From positions 4,230,001-4,262,000 of the forward strand of contig OZ245049.1 in NCBI GenBank assembly GCA_965224465.1: DNA of 32,000 nucleotides. The letters run 5' to 3'. Origin of the DNA: Flavobacteriaceae bacterium (GTDB lineage Bacteria > Bacteroidota > Bacteroidia > Flavobacteriales > Flavobacteriaceae). A program made the position numbers and the translations under genes. Shown piece after piece: positions 26,093 through 32,000 of this stretch; the stretch's first letter is position 1; each line of letters starts with the position of its first letter. The notes beneath the pieces are model-generated. The model did not search any database. It saw nothing but the letters and a program-made list of their open reading frames with translations, and was not told the DNA's origin.

Positions 26093-27276
26093 GTTGTTTT
26101 GTAGATGAAAACGGGTATTATGGTGATTTTGGAGGCGCATTTATTCCTGAAATGTTATATCCAAACGTAAAAGAATTAGGAGAACAGTATTTGGAAATAA
26201 TGAGTGAACCTTCCTTTAAAGCGGAGTTTGATAGTTTATTAAAAGATTATGTAGGGCGTCCTACACCTTTGTATTTTGCAAAGCGATTGTCAGAGAAATA
26301 CCAAACCAAAATCTATTTAAAACGGGAGGATTTAAACCATACAGGTGCACATAAAATTAACAATACCATTGGGCAGATTTTAATGGCACAACGTCTAGGG
26401 AAGAAACGTATTATTGCAGAAACAGGAGCAGGGCAGCACGGAGTGGCTACGGCGACCGTTTGTGCGCTTATGGGATTGGAATGTGTTGTGTATATGGGAG
26501 CAATAGACATTGCACGTCAGGCACCCAATGTGGCACGTATGAAAATGCTGGGGGCTACCGTGGTTCCAGCATTGTCTGGAAGTAAAACATTAAAAGATGC
26601 GACCAACGAGGCGATCCGTGATTGGATAAATAATCCGGTAGATACTCATTATATTATTGGTTCTGTAGTAGGCCCGCATCCGTATCCAGATATGGTGGCG
26701 CGTTTTCAATCCGTTATTTCTAAGGAAATGAAATCGCAATTATTAGAAAAAGAAGGGCGTGAGAATCCAGATTATGTGATTGCCTGTGTTGGTGGAGGAA
26801 GCAATGCTGCTGGGGCGTTTTATCATTATTTAGAGGAAGAATCAGTGCGGTTGATTGCTGTGGAAGCAGCTGGGAAAGGCGTAAATTCAGGAGAAAGTGC
26901 TGCTACAAGTGTGTTGGGGTACGAAGGTGTTATACATGGAAGTAAAACCTTATTGATGCAAACAAAAGATGGTCAAATTACAGAACCGTATTCCATCTCT
27001 GCAGGATTGGATTATCCTGGGGTAGGGCCATTACATGCTCATTTATATAAGACAAAACGTGCAGAATTTATTGCGGTAACAGATGATGAAGCCATGAAAG
27101 CAGGTTTGGATTTATGTCAATTGGAAGGAATTATTCCTGCCATAGAAAGTGCTCATGCACTGGCTGTTTTTGAAGCGAAGAAATTCAAAAAAGACGATCT
27201 AGTAGTGCTGAATTTATCAGGGCGTGGAGATAAGGATTTGAATACGTATATCAACTATTTTGGATTGGATTCCTAG
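26089..27276 (+). CDS. trpB: Tryptophan synthase beta chain
   Basis: [10 protein letters not shown], the PLP-lysine region [11 protein letters not shown], and GGGSNAAG. It overlaps the trpF stop by 4 bp (ATGA). Confidence 0.96.
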   Translation: MSCFVDENGYYGDFGGAFIPEMLYPNVKELGEQYLEIMSEPSFKAEFDSLLKDYVGRPTPLYFAKRLSEKYQTKIYLKREDLNHTGAHKINNTIGQILMAQRLGKKRIIAETGAGQHGVATATVCALMGLECVVYMGAIDIARQAPNVARMKMLGATVVPALSGSKTLKDATNEAIRDWINNPVDTHYIIGSVVGPHPYPDMVARFQSVISKEMKSQLLEKEGRENPDYVIACVGGGSNAAGAFYHYLEEESVRLIAVEAAGKGVNSGESAATSVLGYEGVIHGSKTLLMQTKDGQITEPYSISAGLDYPGVGPLHAHLYKTKRAEFIAVTDDEAMKAGLDLCQLEGIIPAIESAHALAVFEAKKFKKDDLVVLNLSGRGDKDLNTYINYFGLDS

Positions 27277-27359
27277 CGATTACTTTGCCTATTTGATCTT
27301 GTTTTTCGAATCTTAAATGATGAGAATAAGCGCATTCAATAACATTAAAAAGAAATAAA

Positions 27360-28121
27360 ATGAATAGAATTCAACATAAATTAAACGAAAATAAAAAACT
27401 ACTATCTATCTATTTTACGGCAGGATATCCCGAACCAGATAGTACGGTTAAAATAGTAGAGGAACTCGAAAAAAGCGGAGTGGATTTTGTAGAAATCGGC
27501 TTGCCTTTTAGTGATCCATTGGCAGATGGTCCTACCATTCAAGCGAGTTCTACCATCTCCTTAAATAATGGGATGACTACAGAAGTCTTGTTTGAGCAGT
27601 TAAAAGACATTCGGAAAACGGTTTCAATTCCCCTTATAATTATGGGTTATTTTAATCCTATGTTGCAATATGGGATCGAAGCGTTTTGTAAAAAATGTAA
27701 GGAAATTGGAATTGATGGCTTGATTATTCCTGATTTACCAATTAGGGAATACAACGAATTGTACCGAGAAACTTTTGAAAAATACGATTTGATCAATGTT
27801 CTTTTAATCACACCTCAAACATCCGAGGAACGCATTCGTTTTATCGACGATATTTCTAATGGATTTATTTATATGGTAAGCTCAGCGGGTGTAACAGGGG
27901 CGAAGAATACTTTTGGAGCGATTCAGAAATCCTATTTTAAACGCATTGATGATATGAAATTAAAGACACCTCAGGTGGTTGGTTTCGGCATTTCCAATGC
28001 AGAGACATTCCAACAGGCGACTATGTATGCCAAAGGGGCAATTATAGGTTCTGCATTTGTAAAGCACTTGACCGAAAAAGGGGTGGATACCATTGATGCT
28101 TTTGTACGTAGCATTCGTTAG
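27360..28121 (+). CDS. trpA: Tryptophan synthase alpha chain
   Basis: VDFVEIGLPFSDPLADGPTIQ, GYFNP, GFGIS. Confidence 0.93.
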   Translation: MNRIQHKLNENKKLLSIYFTAGYPEPDSTVKIVEELEKSGVDFVEIGLPFSDPLADGPTIQASSTISLNNGMTTEVLFEQLKDIRKTVSIPLIIMGYFNPMLQYGIEAFCKKCKEIGIDGLIIPDLPIREYNELYRETFEKYDLINVLLITPQTSEERIRFIDDISNGFIYMVSSAGVTGAKNTFGAIQKSYFKRIDDMKLKTPQVVGFGISNAETFQQATMYAKGAIIGSAFVKHLTEKGVDTIDAFVRSIR

Positions 28122-28801
28122 TGTACTGGAAAATTAAAATAAGTTTTAGGAAACGGTTCCCAACGGAGGGTGAAATGCCACCACTCTTTTGGGTAGTTTC
28201 TGAAATTATATTTTAGCATTGTAGTTTGTAATAAGTGCCTGTTCGCTATTTGAGAAGCTGTTAGCTTTGTGTTTGACACCCAGGATTCTGGGCCGAAAAA
28301 ATCAAAAGGGCTTCCCATATCCAATGCAATTCCTGTTTCTAAATCAATAAGAGTTAAATCAATAGTACTTCCTCTACTATGCCCAGATCTAGTAGCTATG
28401 TATTGTTTTTTAAATAAATTTTTCTTTTTTACATTGGGGTAGAAGTGTTGTTTCATCAAGGTATCATTGATGTTTCTTGCCCATTTCATAAAATGATTAA
28501 CAGCTTGCTGAGGTCGATATGCGTCATATACTAGTAAACCTAACCCTTGTTTGTTTAAGGAGGTTTGTGCTTTTTTTAACGCTTCTGTTGCGTTTAAACT
28601 TAAGATACATCGTGCTTTTTGGTAGCCCTCAATTGGAAGTCCAACAAAGTTATTATAGCTTGTATATCGCAAGTCTAGTGTTATGTTTGGAATTATTTCA
28701 TCTACATACACAAATCCTTTAGGAAGGTCTTGAGCAATGCATTTAGGAGATAGAAAAACCATTGCTAACAATAAGAGAATGTTTAAATAAATTGATTTCA
28801 T
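28118..28801 (-). CDS. D-alanyl-D-alanine dipeptidase-like M15 peptidase (VanX/DdpX family) with a signal peptide
   Basis: YDAYRPQQAV, SGHSRGSTIDLTL and EWWHF are zinc-ligand motifs of the VanX type. The N-terminus MKSIYLNILLLLAMVFLSPKCIAQ looks like a secretion signal. The start at 28801 is preferred over 28834. Confidence 0.8.
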   Translation of the reverse strand: MKSIYLNILLLLAMVFLSPKCIAQDLPKGFVYVDEIIPNITLDLRYTSYNNFVGLPIEGYQKARCILSLNATEALKKAQTSLNKQGLGLLVYDAYRPQQAVNHFMKWARNINDTLMKQHFYPNVKKKNLFKKQYIATRSGHSRGSTIDLTLIDLETGIALDMGSPFDFFGPESWVSNTKLTASQIANRHLLQTTMLKYNFRNYPKEWWHFTLRWEPFPKTYFNFPVH

Positions 28802-28935
28802 TTGTGTTGTTTTTTTGCTAAAGATATAAAGCAACCATTGATATTAATGAACTGATTAGGATCTGTTTATTTTTAATAGGATTTAAAAAATAAGATAATT
28901 CTATTTATTGAGATATAGCCAAAATCGTTCCTTTT

Positions 28936-30561
28936 TTATTTTTTGTAAACAATCTCACCATTTATATAGGTTTCTTCTACATGTATTTTTAGAATTTCGG
29001 CTTCTGGAATTTCCATAATGTTTTTATTCAATACTGTGAAATCTGCAAATTTACCTGTGATTAAACTTCCTTTTTCATCTTCTTCAAAGTTAGCGTATGC
29101 CGCCCATATTGTCATGCCTTTTAATGCTTCTTTTCTTGTTAAGGCGTTTTCTTTTTGAAAACCGTTTGCAGGAAATTGTTTCATGTCTTTCCTTGCAACT
29201 GCTGCATAAAAAGTTAAAATAGGGCTTACTTTTTCGATAGGGAAATCTGTACCTAATGCTATTTTTCCATGTGCTTTTAATAGTTTTTTATAAGCATAAG
29301 CCGTTTTTACACGTTGTTCTCCTAGCCTGTCTTTTGCCCAGTACATATCAGAAGTGGCATGGGTAGGTTGTACGGATGGGATTGTGTTTTTGAACAATGC
29401 TATATCACTTGGACTTACAATTTGTGCGTGCTCAATTCTCCAACGTCTATTTGTTTTGCCTTTTAAAACATTTTTATAGATGTTCAATAACATGGAATTT
29501 GCAGAGTCTCCAATAGCATGTGTATTCATTTGAAATTCGGAGTTTGCTAATTGTAAGGCTATTTTTTTAAATGATTCTGGAGAGGATAATAAGGCTCCAA
29601 AGTGATTGTGTTTGTCACTATATGGTTTTTTTAATGCGGCACCTCTAGAACCTAAAGAACCATCAGCATATACTTTTATGGAACGTACATTTAATTTATT
29701 AGTTTTGTAAATTCCTTTTTGAAGGTAGTAGTCTACGTCTTCTTTTTGATTTGAAACCATGGCGTAAATTCTCATTTTTAAGGCGCCAGTTTGTTGTAGA
29801 CTGTCAATGAGCTCGATGCTGTTTCTACTGAGTCCTGCGTCATCTACGGTTGTAAGTCCAAAATATAAGCAGTGTTTTTGAGCGTCTAACAATGCTTTTA
29901 TTTGTTGTTTTCTTGAGGTAGTTGGAATTTTATTCTCAATTAAATCCATAGGCATGTCTATAAACACACCTGTCAACTGTCCTTCTTTTTGTAAGATTTC
30001 TCCTCCTTTAAAAGGAGTGTTAATAGTTACTTGGGCAAGATCTATAGCTGCTTGGTTTGCCAATAAGGCATGTCCATCAATACGGCGTATGGCAATAGGA
30101 GTGTTCGGAAATAGTTTGTCTAACTTTTCTTTTGTTGGGTATTCCTTGATCTTCCAATCATTTTGATCCCATCCATGACCTGTGATATAAACTACATTTT
30201 TATCTTTTTGAAAATTGACGATGCGTTCAATTACTTCGTCAAAACTTTTAGTGCCTACTAAGTTTACTTTTTGCTTGGAGAGCCCCAGTCCTAAAAAATG
30301 ACAATGAGCATCTATAAACCCTGGTACGATGGTTTTTCCTTCTGCATCATTAATATATTCAGGTCTGTATTTAGCTTGAATTTCTAAATTACTTCCAATT
30401 GCGACAATTCGTCCATCTTTGATAGCCATGGATTGAACCACATCGAAATTATCGTTAACCGTATAAATGTTTGCATTGATAATGATGGTATCTACTGCGG
30501 ATTTTAATTCACAAGAAAGTAAAAGAATACTGCTAGCAATTAATATTAAGTACGTTTTCAT
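28936..30561 (-). CDS. Amidohydrolase family (Amidohydro_3, YtcJ-like) lipoprotein
   Basis: Lipobox MKTYLILIASSILLLSC, metal-binding PGFIDAHCHF, later HAIGD and GTDFP. Confidence 0.8.
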   Translation of the reverse strand: MKTYLILIASSILLLSCELKSAVDTIIINANIYTVNDNFDVVQSMAIKDGRIVAIGSNLEIQAKYRPEYINDAEGKTIVPGFIDAHCHFLGLGLSKQKVNLVGTKSFDEVIERIVNFQKDKNVVYITGHGWDQNDWKIKEYPTKEKLDKLFPNTPIAIRRIDGHALLANQAAIDLAQVTINTPFKGGEILQKEGQLTGVFIDMPMDLIENKIPTTSRKQQIKALLDAQKHCLYFGLTTVDDAGLSRNSIELIDSLQQTGALKMRIYAMVSNQKEDVDYYLQKGIYKTNKLNVRSIKVYADGSLGSRGAALKKPYSDKHNHFGALLSSPESFKKIALQLANSEFQMNTHAIGDSANSMLLNIYKNVLKGKTNRRWRIEHAQIVSPSDIALFKNTIPSVQPTHATSDMYWAKDRLGEQRVKTAYAYKKLLKAHGKIALGTDFPIEKVSPILTFYAAVARKDMKQFPANGFQKENALTRKEALKGMTIWAAYANFEEDEKGSLITGKFADFTVLNKNIMEIPEAEILKIHVEETYINGEIVYKK

Positions 30562-30720
30562 GTTGGTTTTATAGAGGTCAAATGTTGATTTTGATGAATG
30601 TTCAAAAATACAAAAAAGGAGTGTAATAAGATAGTTTTGTCTTGGAATACCAAAACATTTCCATTGATGGTTTACAAATGAAATTACTTTGTTGAATTAT
30701 GGAGGAGTGTTTATTACACA

Positions 30721-30760
30721 GAAAAATTCGCGCAGATTTTAATCTTAAATCTACGCGAAT
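30721..30760 (-). terminator. Intrinsic terminator after the M28 peptidase gene
   Basis: ATTCGCGCAGAT (30726-37) / ATCTACGCGAAT (30749-60): 12-bp stem with one mismatch. A minus-strand T-run follows (plus-strand AAAAA at 30722-26). Confidence 0.6.
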
Positions 30761-30840
30761 CGTTATTGTGTATTTTTAGTATAGAAGTAAATTCTCACTT
30801 GTTTGTCATGTGTTTTCTATATGTATTATTTAAAAATAGA

Positions 30841-32000
30841 TCAGTCCAAATGCTGATCTAACAAATAGATAAGTGAAGTCATGGCTGCCGTTCCTAATTG
30901 AAGCTCTCGTTTGTTTACTTTATCAAAAGTATCGTTTGCAGAATGGTGGTAATCAAAATAGCGTTGTGAGTCTGGTAGATATCCCGTAAGAACAATAGAA
31001 TCAGATTTTAAAGGGGCAATATCTACTCCTGTATGTCCTTTTTCCCATTCGTGCAATCCATAAGGAGATAATAGTTTTTTCCAACTTTTAAACAATTCGA
31101 TTTTATCTATATTTCCGTCGTAACTAAAGCCTCTAGGGGTGTGTCCTCCAGCATCTGATTCTAGGGCTGCAACATGAATTTCTTTATTTTCTCTTGCTGC
31201 TTCTGCGTATCGTTTCCCTCCTCTATTTCCGTTTTCTTCATTCATAAAAAGAACCACTCTTATACTGTGTCTCGGTTGAATTTTATTTGTTTTAAAAATA
31301 CGTAAAACTTCAAGAGACTGTACAACTCCAGTTCCGTCATCGTGTGCTCCGTCTCCTAAGTCCCAAGAATCTAAATGCCCTCCAACGGTGATGTATTTGT
31401 CAGGGAATTGAGTGCCTTTTAATTCACCAATTACATTAAAAGAAGGAGCGTCTGGCAATGTTTTACACGATTGTTGAAAGTGAAATTTTAATTTAGGACT
31501 TGCTTTAAGAGCAGCACTTAATTCTTCGGAAGCCTTTGTACTAATGGCTGCAGCAGGGACACGTTGCTCTTTTGGTAAGTTTTTGTATCCCATAGAACCT
31601 GTATGTGGGAAATCGTCAATATTCCCTGTCATAGATCTAACAATTACGCCTAATGCTCCATAAGTCCCTACGGCATGAGCACCTGCCCATCGTTGGTCTA
31701 CACAACCTCCGTAGGCATGAAATGTATTGACGAGTGTTGGATCAAAAGGTCTGTTAAAAAACACGATTTTTCCTTTTAGTTTTTCTCCGTATTCTTTTAC
31801 CTGTTTAATGCTGTGTAGTTCTATAACCTCAGCAGTTATTCCGTTTTTAGGAGTAGCAACCGAGCCGCCTAATGCGCAAATTGCAACGGTTGTTTTGTTG
31901 TTTTTTGTGGTGAAAAAGGCAGTTTCTTGTGCGCCTCGTACCCAGTGTGGAACCATTATGGCTTGTAGCCAAACAGAATCAAATTGTTGTGTTTTCATTA
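30841..32000 (-). CDS. M28 family metallopeptidase (N-terminus probably beyond the window end)
   Basis: GGHLDSWDLGDGAHDDGTGV and MNEENG are zinc-ligand motifs. The frame upstream of the first in-window ATG (31998) cannot contain a stop within the window, and no signal peptide is present, so it is likely 5'-truncated by the window. Confidence 0.8.
   Translation of the reverse strand, partial: MKTQQFDSVWLQAIMVPHWVRGAQETAFFTTKNNKTTVAICALGGSVATPKNGITAEVIELHSIKQVKEYGEKLKGKIVFFNRPFDPTLVNTFHAYGGCVDQRWAGAHAVGTYGALGVIVRSMTGNIDDFPHTGSMGYKNLPKEQRVPAAAISTKASEELSAALKASPKLKFHFQQSCKTLPDAPSFNVIGELKGTQFPDKYITVGGHLDSWDLGDGAHDDGTGVVQSLEVLRIFKTNKIQPRHSIRVVLFMNEENGNRGGKRYAEAARENKEIHVAALESDAGGHTPRGFSYDGNIDKIELFKSWKKLLSPYGLHEWEKGHTGVDIAPLKSDSIVLTGYLPDSQRYFDYHHSANDTFDKVNKRELQLGTAAMTSLIYLLDQHLD

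Overview
AT-rich chromosomal segment with Bacteroidota/Flavobacteriia hallmarks: no Shine-Dalgarno sequences before start codons, two TTTG-N19-TAnnTTTG promoters, and BT_3928/DUF1599/DUF1684 genes. Content is mostly core metabolism. In order: a partial MFS transporter; a ~0.9 kb ORF-free stretch; a DUF1684 lipoprotein gene whose 3' end is interrupted by an IS30-family element; an acyl-ACP thioesterase; a P-II/AmtB/porin cluster (minus strand); DUF1599-BT_3928-crcB (minus strand); LOG-folP-lipoprotein-cdaA; udk-ftsB-like-mutA-mutB (minus strand); a tRNA cluster Pro-Thr-Tyr-Thr-Tyr (minus strand) containing a tandem Thr-Tyr duplication; a thioredoxin-like gene divergent from trxB; an AAE-family transporter; a complete trpEGDCFBA operon; then three hydrolases (VanX/DdpX-like dipeptidase, amidohydrolase, partial M28 peptidase). 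I see no defence island, CRISPR array, toxin-antitoxin pair or other obvious new multi-gene system. The signals worth a second look are non-coding: (1) a leader-peptide attenuator with three consecutive Trp codons and mutually exclusive terminator/antiterminator pairings in front of trpE; (2) a family of five MITE-like intergenic repeats with imperfect terminal inverted repeats; (3) a structured leader ending in a terminator 14 nt before the MFS start codon; (4) a four-times repeated ACCCCT..AGGGT motif upstream of the P-II/amtB operon; (5) an IS30 insertion that replaces the last codons of the DUF1684 gene.
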